Shown: positions 10,269 to 19,252 of the stretch, in pieces
Layout of the letters: the number at the start of each line of letters is the position of its first letter
Position numbering within the stretch: the first letter of the stretch is position 1
Assembly: GCA_045862955.1 (NCBI GenBank)
Contig: BTVI01000008.1
Span: forward strand, 1 to 64,000
Reading direction: 5' to 3'
DNA: 64,000 nt
Source: Fimbriimonadales bacterium
Lineage (GTDB): Bacteria > Armatimonadota > Fimbriimonadia > Fimbriimonadales > JABRVX01
The notes under the pieces: model-generated
Database searches by the model: none
What the model saw: the letters and a program-made list of their open reading frames with translations, nothing else
Told to the model about the DNA's origin: nothing
Translations under genes and position numbers: made by a program

Positions 10269-11339
10269 TTGAGAAGCCTGATTTGTCTGTGGACGCTACT
10301 GTGCACGGGATTGGTGTGGGCGCAGGCGGGCGAGGAGATGTCGCTCGCCGAGGCCAAGCGGATGCTGAAGGGGCAGCAGCAGGCCTTCGTAGCGGTTGCA
10401 AAGCAGGTGACCCCGGCCGTCGTTTACATCGAGGTCGAACGCGAGCAGCGCACCCGCGGATGGTCCCTCTTCCCCGACTTCGATGACTTCTTCGGGGGTG
10501 GTACGCGGAAGGTGATCGAGACGGGAAGCGGAGTGATCATTCGCTCCGACGGCCTCATCGTCACGAACAACCACATCGTGCGCGGGGTAGACGTGTGCCG
10601 GGTGCGACTCGGTGACGGGTTGCTGGTGGACGGGAAGGTGTTAGGCACCGACCCTGCGACGGATATAGCCGTCGTGAAGGTAGAAGCCAAGAACCTGCCT
10701 GCGCTGAAGTGGGGAGACAGCGATAAGCTGCAAGTGGGTGAATGGGTGCTTGCGGTAGGTAACCCCTTCGGACTCGAACGGACTGTTACCACCGGTATCG
10801 TTAGCGCGAAGGGGAGACAGGATTTAGGTGTGTTAGCGCTGGAGGACTTCATTCAAACCGATGCGGCCATCAATCCCGGCAACTCCGGTGGCGCGCTGAC
10901 GAACGTGGACGGGGAGCTGGTCGGGATCAACAGCATCATCTACACGCAGTCGGGTGGAAGCCAAGGGATAGGATTTGCGGTGCCTTCCAACATGACGCGC
11001 AAGATCGTGGACGAGATCGTACGCAACGGCAAGGTGGAGCGGGGGTGGATCGGATTCCTGCCGCTGCGCGATAACAGCGTAGGAGCGCGCGTGTATCGAG
11101 TGTATCGCAACGAGCCCGCCGACACGGCGGGACTGATGCCGGGCGACCTGATTCAGAAGTACGGGGATAAGACCGTCACCTCCGCTGCACAGCTGAGGAA
11201 GCTCGTGATAACCGACAAGCCTGGCTCCACCATCACCCTGACTGTGCGAAAGCAGCAGACGGGCCAGACGGAGACGGTGCGCGTGAGGCTGGGAAGCGTC
11301 CCCATCCGCGACGACGGCACGCCCTATCCGGGGATCTGA
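10269..11339 (+). CDS. HtrA/DegS-like periplasmic serine protease (trypsin plus one PDZ)
   Basis: Signal peptide; TNNH, DIAV, IQTDAAINPGNSGG; single C-terminal PDZ; GGAGG RBS. Confidence 0.93.
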   Translation: MRSLICLWTLLCTGLVWAQAGEEMSLAEAKRMLKGQQQAFVAVAKQVTPAVVYIEVEREQRTRGWSLFPDFDDFFGGGTRKVIETGSGVIIRSDGLIVTNNHIVRGVDVCRVRLGDGLLVDGKVLGTDPATDIAVVKVEAKNLPALKWGDSDKLQVGEWVLAVGNPFGLERTVTTGIVSAKGRQDLGVLALEDFIQTDAAINPGNSGGALTNVDGELVGINSIIYTQSGGSQGIGFAVPSNMTRKIVDEIVRNGKVERGWIGFLPLRDNSVGARVYRVYRNEPADTAGLMPGDLIQKYGDKTVTSAAQLRKLVITDKPGSTITLTVRKQQTGQTETVRVRLGSVPIRDDGTPYPGI

Positions 11340-11355
11340 GAGTAGTCCGCTTGCC

Positions 11356-11426
11356 TGTCCCGGCGCGGTCCTTGGGTGTGCCGCATGCGGTGGAGGTGTG
11401 CAGCGCGGCGGACGCGAGCCGGGGCA
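11356..11426. repeat. Second locus of the ~71-bp inverted-ended element seen at 172-242
   Basis: TGTCCCGGCGCGGTCCTTGG...GGACGCGAGCCGGGGCA. Confidence 0.65.
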
Positions 11427-11464
11427 TAGTGGATGAGGCTAGCGCACCCGCCGCAAGGTGTGCC

Positions 11465-11891
11465 CGTCATGCTGAGCCCGTCGAAGCATGCTCCCGCCGG
11501 CCGCATGCTACCATCGGATGATGCACCGGTCGCGGCAAGCGAGGGCATGCTTCGACAAGCTCAGCATGACGGGTAACGGGATAAGGCGGGTAGCCGGACC
11601 GGACGGGTAGCCCGACCGGATGATGCACCGGTCGCGGCAAGCGAGGGCATGCTTCGACAAGCTCAGCATGACGGGTAATGGGATCAGACGGGTAGTCGGA
11701 CCGGACGGGTAGCCCGATCGGATGATGCACCGGTCGCGGCAAGCGAGGGCATGCTTCGACAAGCTCAGCATGACGGGTAACGGGATAAGGCGGGTAGCCG
11801 GACCGGACGGGTAGCCCGATCGGATGATGCACCGGTCGCGGCAAGCGAGGGCATGCTTCGACAAGCTCAGCATGACGGGTAATGGGATCAG
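11465..11891. repeat. CGTC-tagged REP array: one forward copy plus 102-bp tandem units each holding an inverted copy
   Basis: CGTCATGCTGAGCCCGTCGAAGCATG at 11465; GCATGCTTCGACAAGCTCAGCATGAC at 11545, 11647, 11749 and 11851. Confidence 0.92.
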
Positions 11892-11943
11892 GGACTGAGC
11901 CGTGCTGGCGGGGTGCGATAGGCACTTCGACGACCGGCTGACG

Positions 11944-13146
11944 CTACCTCGTCCCAGCCGTGATTGGCTTCCCCAGGAGCGTGAGGCGGGCGGCCTCGAT
12001 GGCCTCGTCCGGCTGACCAGGCGTAGGACGCACGGCCTGACGACTTAGTTCAATGTCCGGCTTCACTCCGTTGCCCTCGAGCCGTACGCCGTCCTTCGTC
12101 TTGTAGTCTTGTAGCGGCACCTGCAGCACGTACCCTTCTCCAACCGGGATGTAGGTGGACGACAACACCGCGCCCGCTGTCTTCCGTCCCATCAGCGTCG
12201 CCCTGCCCGTCTCGCGCAGAGCGGCAGCCGAGATCTCGCTTGCGCTTGCCGAGCCCTCGTCAATCAGCACCACCATCTTGCCCTTGTAGCGGCTCTTCTC
12301 GCTGCGTCCAACGACCACGGGCCTCTCTACCAGCTCGTCCTGGCCCTCGCCCTTGCTCAGGAAGGCCCCTACCCTGGTCCGCTCCGGTAGGAACCGGCTG
12401 AGCAGATCGGACATCCACATCACCGACCCGCCGCCGTTTAGCCGTAGGTCCAGGATCAGCCCGTCGGTGTCTTTCAGCGTCTCCAGAGCCGCGGCAACCT
12501 CTTTCGCGGAGTAGCGCATAAAGGACCACACGCGCAGGTAGCCGATGTTGCCATCCAGCTTCTTGACCACCAGCGGCTTGTCCGTCTTGAACTCCTGTCG
12601 CACTACCCGACGCTGGTGCACGGTGCCGTCCGCGGTGCGGTACTTCAGGCTGAACGTAGTGCCGACAGGGCCCGACGCGCCCTTCTGTCGGTCGTACTTC
12701 TCCCCATCGATCTCTAGGATGACGTCGCCGGGCTGAAGGCCGATCTTGTCTGCGCCAGATCCGGGGAACACGTGTACCACCTCCGGCTCTCCGTTATCGA
12801 AACGGAGTTCGACGCCTAGCCCCACCATCGAGCCTTGCGTGCGACGCTTGGCCTCAGCAGGGGGGAGCAGGTCCAGGTGCGAGAAGCCCATGCTGCGAAA
12901 CCACGCGTCCACCCGCCTCTGAAACTCGACATCCGACTCGGCAGAAACAATGCTCGCTCGCTTCTCGGCCACCATGGCATCGAGGCGCTCGGACGTCACA
13001 TCCGGCAAGTAGGCCGTCTTTCTCATTACGGAGACCATCTTGTCGAAGATGGCCTGCCTGCTCTCCTCGGACAGGTCGGCGAACACGCCGACGGCAAGCG
13101 TAGCTGCCATCAGCACGAACGAAGCAATCATCGCGGTTCTTCTCAA
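11944..13146 (-). CDS. S41 family C-terminal processing protease (PDZ)
   Basis: Signal peptide; GLGVEL PDZ; LILDLRLNGGG; SASASEI; LEGNGVKPDI. Confidence 0.92.
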   Translation of the reverse strand: MRRTAMIASFVLMAATLAVGVFADLSEESRQAIFDKMVSVMRKTAYLPDVTSERLDAMVAEKRASIVSAESDVEFQRRVDAWFRSMGFSHLDLLPPAEAKRRTQGSMVGLGVELRFDNGEPEVVHVFPGSGADKIGLQPGDVILEIDGEKYDRQKGASGPVGTTFSLKYRTADGTVHQRRVVRQEFKTDKPLVVKKLDGNIGYLRVWSFMRYSAKEVAAALETLKDTDGLILDLRLNGGGSVMWMSDLLSRFLPERTRVGAFLSKGEGQDELVERPVVVGRSEKSRYKGKMVVLIDEGSASASEISAAALRETGRATLMGRKTAGAVLSSTYIPVGEGYVLQVPLQDYKTKDGVRLEGNGVKPDIELSRQAVRPTPGQPDEAIEAARLTLLGKPITAGTR

Positions 13147-13229
13147 CTCGTTCCCCCTGAAATCCTATTCGCCATATACCATGTTACTACGCCGGGACGG
13201 GAGGCGAATGTCGGCGAGGCCCCTCCCTG

Positions 13230-15515
13230 CTACGTTGATCGCTGCCGTTCGAGGATTCGGCCGGCCTCGAGGGTGGCCGAGCCGTCTGGAAAGTGCACGG
13301 GCACCCATCCCGATTCGAACCGACTTACGACGCGAACCGTCTCCGGGTTCACCACTAGCTTCATTGGTAGGCCGTGCCAGCAGAACGGCAGCTCGACCTT
13401 CGACCAGCCGGGCGGCAGCGCGGGCCAGCCATCGAGCCTCACTCCCTCCAGCGCCAGGCGCAGCTTGCAGAACCCGTGCGCAATCGCGAGCCACGCGCCC
13501 CCTAGGCTGGCGGCGTGTATGCCGAGGTTCCAGTGCGGGCCGGCCGCGTCCAGGTCTATGTGCGAGGTGTGGATGTAGTATTTGTAGGCCCAGTCCATGC
13601 GACCGACGTCGGCAGCCACCAGCGAGTAAGCCATGGGGCTGAGCGACGAGAGATGCGCTGTGCGAGGCTCGTAATACTCCCAGTTCGCCTTCTTGGTCTC
13701 TGCATCGTACTGGTCGCGGAAGAGGTATAGCAGCATTGCCACATCGGCCTGCTTGCTATTCTGTGACTTCTGGAAGGGGCCGTTTACACCGGCGAAGCGG
13801 TTCTCCGGCTTCTCGAACTCGCGCAGCGTGACCTCGAGGGGCACGTCCGGGAGTTGGAAGAAGCCATCGAACTGGGGGATCAGCTTCGTCTGCGGGTCGG
13901 GCTGCGGGACGTACAGCTTGTCCGCGAAGTTCTGCCATTCATCTAGCTCATCGTCATCCACTCCGAGATCTGCTGTGCCCACGATCTTCGCCACTCGCAT
14001 TGCGCACCGTATGGCATGTCGAGCCATCGTGTTAGTGAACGCGTTGTTATCTATCCGCTCGTGGTACTCGTCGGGGCCGAGAACGGTACGCAGCTCGTAG
14101 CGCTTGCTCTGTTCGTTCCACACGGCCCGCGAAACGAAGAAACGTGCCACCTCTGCAGTCACACGCGCACCGCCATCATGCCAGATGCTGACATCCCCGG
14201 TTGCCTCGTAGTACTGCCACATCGCATAGACGACGTCCGCGGATATGTGAATCTGTTCGTCGGCGAAGTAGGATCGCACCTTCTCTCCCGTGACTGGATT
14301 GGTGAAGACGTACAGGTCGCACTGCTCGTCGCCCGTCTCCTGACTCTGCCAGGCGTAGTAGGCTCCTCGGTAGCCCAGCCGGGAGGCCTTTCTCATGGCA
14401 CCTTCCAACGTGTGCACCCTATACATCAGAGCGTTGCGCGCGGCCTTTGGCTGCGTGTACGCTAACATGGGCAGCACGAAGATCTCGAAATCCCAGAAGA
14501 TGGATCCGTAGTAGTCTTGCCCCTGCAACCCCCTCGCGGGCATGCTGATGCGGTCGTTGCGGTAGGGTGCCGCCGCCAACAGATGGAACTGAGCGAAGCG
14601 TATACCTAACTGCGCCGCACTGTCACCCTCGACCTGCACGCCGCTCTGCGACCAAAGCTCTGCCCAGCGCTCGGCATGGAGTCTGCGTACCTCGTCGAAA
14701 CCGAGCGAGGTGACTACCTCGAGGTCGCGCGAACATGCCTCCAGGAGGTCGCCCTGCGTGAATCGGTTCTCACGCAACGAGGCCCACTTAGTGAGGGTAA
14801 TGGTCTCGCCGGCGCGAAGCGACAGGAGGTGCTGCCGGAGAACGCGCCGGTCCTCGGGCGGCAGCTGAGAGACTTCCACCGAAACGTCTGAAGCTACCTG
14901 CTCCCGCGTCGCTACTCCGATTCGGAAACCGGGTTCGAAGGTGTCCGTCTCGACATACACGCCGTCGGGGAGATGCTGACAGCGTACGTCTCGGAAGTGC
15001 TCAGCCCAGCGGTTGTTGACTTCGCCATCCACTCCAGATATCACTTGCAGTTCTACGTCCGTCTCCGCAGTAAGGCTCCAGCGAATCACTCCAACGGTGG
15101 GATGCGTCATCGAGAGAAACCGCTCGCTCTCCATCACCACCAGAGCGCCCGAGGGTGATGTCCACCTACCACCCCAAATCATCGTGCCATCGCGCATGTT
15201 CAGCTCACGTCGGTAGTCGGTTAGAGAGCCCGTGGTGAAGTCCAGCGGTTCGCCGTTGACGCGGGCCTGAATGAGCGTCCAATCCTGCACGTTCGGAATC
15301 TCGCGCTCGGTCAGCAGTCCTCTCGGAGTGTCGTAGATGCCATTGATATAGGTGCCCTTCACGCCTTCGAGCTTGGGTGACAGGTACTCCGGCGCGCCGC
15401 GGCAACCGAAAACACCGTTGGCCAGAGCGAACACGGTGGCCCGCGAGCTCTCCTCCTCGGGTGTGAAGCACTCTTCCCTCAGAATCCATCCATCATCGAA
15501 GCGATACCATGCCAC
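13230..15515 (-). CDS. Glycoside hydrolase family 65 (alpha-glucoside phosphorylase, kojibiose/trehalose type)
   Basis: LANGVFGCRG, ARGLQGQDYYGSIFWDFE, GPDEYHE, KQADV, HLSSLS. Confidence 0.93.
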   Translation of the reverse strand: MAWYRFDDGWILREECFTPEEESSRATVFALANGVFGCRGAPEYLSPKLEGVKGTYINGIYDTPRGLLTEREIPNVQDWTLIQARVNGEPLDFTTGSLTDYRRELNMRDGTMIWGGRWTSPSGALVVMESERFLSMTHPTVGVIRWSLTAETDVELQVISGVDGEVNNRWAEHFRDVRCQHLPDGVYVETDTFEPGFRIGVATREQVASDVSVEVSQLPPEDRRVLRQHLLSLRAGETITLTKWASLRENRFTQGDLLEACSRDLEVVTSLGFDEVRRLHAERWAELWSQSGVQVEGDSAAQLGIRFAQFHLLAAAPYRNDRISMPARGLQGQDYYGSIFWDFEIFVLPMLAYTQPKAARNALMYRVHTLEGAMRKASRLGYRGAYYAWQSQETGDEQCDLYVFTNPVTGEKVRSYFADEQIHISADVVYAMWQYYEATGDVSIWHDGGARVTAEVARFFVSRAVWNEQSKRYELRTVLGPDEYHERIDNNAFTNTMARHAIRCAMRVAKIVGTADLGVDDDELDEWQNFADKLYVPQPDPQTKLIPQFDGFFQLPDVPLEVTLREFEKPENRFAGVNGPFQKSQNSKQADVAMLLYLFRDQYDAETKKANWEYYEPRTAHLSSLSPMAYSLVAADVGRMDWAYKYYIHTSHIDLDAAGPHWNLGIHAASLGGAWLAIAHGFCKLRLALEGVRLDGWPALPPGWSKVELPFCWHGLPMKLVVNPETVRVVSRFESGWVPVHFPDGSATLEAGRILERQRST

Positions 15516-15524
15516 GGCTACCTC

Positions 15525-16244
15525 CTAGCCTCTCAACACCACCGAAACGTCGATCTGATCCAGACTTCGCACCACCCAGTCCGCACCTGCATCACGCAAC
15601 AGTTCGTCGTCACCCACTCGTGCGACGCCGATGCACTTCATCCCGGCGGCCTTTGCCGCCTGCACGCCGGATGCAGCATCCTCCACCACCACACACCCAT
15701 CTGCTCCGACTCCCAGCGCCTCTGCCGCTGTTAGGAATATCTCGGGATGGGGTTTCCCGTGCACGAAGTCGCGGCCGCACACGTTGGCGTGAAACACATC
15801 GAGCAGTGTGACACCACGATCGGGGAGCAGCACCCGAGCGAGCATGCCGTTCGCGTTCTTGGATGAGGAGGCGACGGCAACGCGAAGCCCGCAATCCATA
15901 CAGGTCGAGAGGAATCGCAGTGCATCTTCGAAGACGACGAATCTCCCCGAGTCTACGAGGGACACGAGGATGTCTTGCTTGCGTCGGCTCAGTTGCTGCG
16001 CACGGTGGCCGTTAGGATCGGCCACTCCCAACACGCGCAGCATGTCCCTCGCGCCTGCGAGCCGCGGCTTCCCTGCCACGTGCTCTTGATAGAAGGCCGT
16101 AGTGAAGGCTTCCCACTCGACCCCTTCGGCTGCGGCATCCAGCCACTCGGTCTCCAACATCGTGCGGAGCGCCCTCCGCCACGCCTCCTCGTGAGGCGAG
16201 TCGACCAGCACTCCGTCTACGTCGAAGATGACGGCCTCGATCAT
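15525..16244 (-). CDS. HAD-family hydrolase, beta-phosphoglucomutase-like
   Basis: IFDVDGVLVDSPHE, ASSSKNA, GKPHPEIF, VEDA; directly upstream of GH65. Confidence 0.88.
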   Translation of the reverse strand: MIEAVIFDVDGVLVDSPHEEAWRRALRTMLETEWLDAAAEGVEWEAFTTAFYQEHVAGKPRLAGARDMLRVLGVADPNGHRAQQLSRRKQDILVSLVDSGRFVVFEDALRFLSTCMDCGLRVAVASSSKNANGMLARVLLPDRGVTLLDVFHANVCGRDFVHGKPHPEIFLTAAEALGVGADGCVVVEDAASGVQAAKAAGMKCIGVARVGDDELLRDAGADWVVRSLDQIDVSVVLRG

Positions 16245-16313
16245 GGGTGGCACGATCTTACCGGCTGGAGCGTTTCGCGTGCGGTCCGACGGCAATCCGG
16301 GTATTGTCTACCC

Positions 16314-16688
16314 GTGGCCGAGGAACCAGAAGACACGAAGCAGCAGCAATCCGAAGAGGACGCCACCGAGACGGCGCGCGAGGAGCTGTTGGAGCGCGTA
16401 AAGACCGCTGCATCCTCTCCTCTACCCGAGGTGCCAGAATGGGAGTTCAAACGCCCGGCACCCAGGGTCGAGCCTGGCGGCAGCGTGAGCGCCCGAGGGT
16501 TCAGCCTCGGCTTTGCTGCACTCTATTCGCTAGTGGTTCCCACCGTCGGCGGACTTCTCATCGGCTGGTTGGTGGACGAGCGGCTAGGCACCGGCCCCAC
16601 CTGGCTGAGTGTGGGCTTCCTCGTCGGCGCGCTGGCCGGCTTCGTCAGCCTGATCCGCATCGTCGTGCGCCTCGGTCGGGAGGATTAG
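16314..16688 (+). CDS. AtpZ/AtpI (ATPase gene 1) family membrane protein
   Basis: Two TM helices; GLLIGWLVDERLGTGPTWLSVGFLVG pattern. Confidence 0.78.
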   Translation: MAEEPEDTKQQQSEEDATETAREELLERVKTAASSPLPEVPEWEFKRPAPRVEPGGSVSARGFSLGFAALYSLVVPTVGGLLIGWLVDERLGTGPTWLSVGFLVGALAGFVSLIRIVVRLGRED

Positions 16689-16750
16689 GCCTCCTCCTGC
16701 TTCGCTCGGGGGATCCAGGTGCGAGGTGTGCCCCGAATGTATCCTTGCTA

Positions 16751-17728
16751 CTCCCTTCTCCAGGGCGAGGACTGGAGTGAGGGTTGCCCCGATCCCCACC
16801 GAACGACGCGGCCTGCGAGGGCGTCCTTCGGCAGGCTCGACATTACGGTGGCAGTGCGCAGCGTCAGGCTCGCATTGACGGTTACACCACGCATCCAGCA
16901 TGAGATCACCGATCACTCCATCCGAGGGCGGATGGAGTGAAGAGCGAACCGACACGTGCGGCACGCGACAATCACACCGTCATGCCCTATCACTCCATCC
17001 GCCCCCCAGGGTGGTTCATCGCCCTATCACTCCGTCCGCCCTCGGATGGAGTGTCGCAACAGCCGGAAAACCCACTGGTCAAGAACCATGCGGTCATTCC
17101 GAGCGAAGCGAGGAACTCCTTTCGCGCCCTGTCACTCGATCCGCCCCCCAGGGTGGTTCATTGACGATGCCACGCTCGGTTGACATGTTGACCCCCACCC
17201 CAACCCTCCCCCTTCCGCTTCGCGGCAAGGGGAGGGAGTCCTGAGTGACTCACACACGCTCGCGGGTGGAATGCGGTCGTAGCCGGTGCATGTGGCGTCC
17301 AACAACCGAGCTGTCATTCCGAGCGAAGCGAGGAACCCCCCCTTTTCAACTCCGGCAGCCTCTAGCCGATATCAGTTGGCGAGTTGCAGGTCTTTGAGAG
17401 GGGTTCCTCGCTTCGCTCGGAATGACAGATCAAGGCACGGCAACCGCGTCATCGGTCTTGCTGGTAAACACGCCCTCAATAGGCACTGAGATCCTCGGTT
17501 GCACTGGCACTCGTAGGTGCGCGAGCCCACCCGCGACCGCGTAACCTGTATCTGTGCCATCACTCCCTCCGATGGCGGATGGAGTGGTGTGGAACAGAGC
17601 CGAGAAAGCGCGAGCAGGCTCGCGCACTCCCAAACGAAAAGCCACACAAGGCACATCATGGTGGGCGACGAGAGAAAACCCCCTCACCCCAACCCTCTCC
17701 CTCCGACTTCGGGGGAGAGGGAGGGAGG
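16751..17728. repeat. Intergenic cluster of three palindromic repeat families
   Basis: ATCACTCCATCCG..CGGATGGAGTG at 16912, 17026 and 17559 (halves at 16989, 17132); GTCATTCCGAGCGAAGCGAGGAA at 17093 and 17313, inverted at 17400-17428; CCCCxCACCCCAACCCTC...GGGAG at 17192 and 17679. Confidence 0.85.
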
Positions 17729-17832
17729 CCACCGTACGGCCCTCACGCGCAAGAAGTGACTAAGGCCTAACTCGAGCCTTATCAAAGACGCACGGACCCG
17801 TGGAGTAGGTATCCTCGCGCCGGGGGATTCGG

Positions 17833-18936
17833 ATGTTGGACACTTTGGTGGTGGACCGCGAGAGGGTGGCGCAGCTCACGTTCGGCGGGATCGCAGAGAA
17901 GGTGCTCGCCGGAGAGCGCCTCACACCGGAGGAGGGCGTGTGGCTGTTCGGCTATCCGGACCTACCGCGACTCGCAGCTCTCGCTCACGCCCGACGCTGT
18001 GCGGTCACCGACCCAGAAACCGTCACCTACGTCGTCGGCCGCATCCTGAACTACACCAACGTGTGTTGGGTGCGATGCAAGTTCTGCGCCTTCTACCGTC
18101 CGCCCAAGCACGACGAAGGCTACCTGCTCTCGGACGAAGAGATAATGCAGAAAGTGGAAGAGTTGGTGCGCCTGGGAGGCGTGGAGTTGCTCTTCCAGGG
18201 CGGGCTCAATCCCTCGCTGAAGATCGATTACTTCGAACGCATCTTCCGCCTCATCAAGCACCATTACCCTAGCGTCATCCTTCACGCGCTCTCACCCGCC
18301 GAAGTGATGTACATCGCGCACATCTCGCGCCTGAGCCTGCGGGACTGCCTGGTCCGCCTGAAAGAAGCTGGCCTGCACTCCATACCGGGCGCGGGCGGCG
18401 AGATATTGGTAGACCGCGTGCGAGCGCAAATTGCGCCGTACAAGGACACTACCGAGGAGTGGTTGGAGTGCATGAGGACCGCGGCCGAGGTGGGGCTGCG
18501 CAGCACCGCGAGCATGATGTTCGGCCACGTGGAGACCGTGGAAGACCGGGTAGAGCACCTCGTGCGCATCCGCGTGCTGCAAGATCAGTGCGAGCCGTTC
18601 CGCGCGTTCATCGCGTGGAACTTTCAACCCGAAGACACGGCCCTGCCGATCCCGAAGAAGGCGTCCGGCTACGACTACCTGCGAACGGTTGCGGTGGCTC
18701 GCCTGATGTTGGACAACGTGCCCAACCTCCAGTGCTCCATCCTGACCCAGGGGCCGAAGATCGCCCAGCTCTCGCTAGGCTACGGCGTGAACGACTTCGG
18801 GTCGGTGATGATCGAGGAGAACGTCGTGTCGGCAGCAGGCAGCAAGTTCATCCTAAACGCCGAGGAGATCGAGCGGCTGATCCGGGACGCGGGCTATGAG
18901 CCGCGTCGCCGGAACACTCGCTATGAGCCGGTCTGA
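17833..18936 (+). CDS. mqnC: Cyclic dehypoxanthinyl futalosine synthase (radical SAM)
   Basis: NYTNVCWVRCKFCAFYR CxxxCxxC; FQGGLNP; MMFGHVET; NDFGSVMIEENVV. Confidence 0.9.
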   Translation: MLDTLVVDRERVAQLTFGGIAEKVLAGERLTPEEGVWLFGYPDLPRLAALAHARRCAVTDPETVTYVVGRILNYTNVCWVRCKFCAFYRPPKHDEGYLLSDEEIMQKVEELVRLGGVELLFQGGLNPSLKIDYFERIFRLIKHHYPSVILHALSPAEVMYIAHISRLSLRDCLVRLKEAGLHSIPGAGGEILVDRVRAQIAPYKDTTEEWLECMRTAAEVGLRSTASMMFGHVETVEDRVEHLVRIRVLQDQCEPFRAFIAWNFQPEDTALPIPKKASGYDYLRTVAVARLMLDNVPNLQCSILTQGPKIAQLSLGYGVNDFGSVMIEENVVSAAGSKFILNAEEIERLIRDAGYEPRRRNTRYEPV

Positions 18937-19202
18937 GCTGCCTGCGCCGCTCGATTGGCTGCCCGCATTAGGCGCGACTTGCGCCGAGCGGCCTGGTTCT
19001 TGTGGATGATGCCGCGCTCGGCCGCCTTGTCCAGGTTCTTAACCGCCTGGAGCACTCGCGCGTTCGCATCCTCGGCACGCTTTTCCACGGCCAAACGGGC
19101 CTTCTTGACGTAGGTTTTCAGCGCGGAGCGGGTGCTTCGGTTCCTAAGGTGCCGCTTCGCATTTCGACGCAGGTCCTTCTTCATGGACCGGATGTTCGGC
19201 AT
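18921..19202 (-). CDS. rpsT: 30S ribosomal protein S20
   Basis: MPNIRSMKK...RNRSTRSALKT...GIIHKNQAARRKSRL; TTG start. Confidence 0.96.
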   Translation of the reverse strand: MPNIRSMKKDLRRNAKRHLRNRSTRSALKTYVKKARLAVEKRAEDANARVLQAVKNLDKAAERGIIHKNQAARRKSRLMRAANRAAQAAQTGS

Positions 19203-19252
19203 AGATGCAATCCTCCGAGTTCAGAGCGCGGCCATTATGGCACACGCACTCT

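Noticed and set aside
11467..11925. ORFs of 152 and 121 aa (MLSLSKH repeats), and similar ORFs at 56.2-57.9 kb
   Set aside because: Translations of REP tandem repeats; the 102-bp period keeps frames open.
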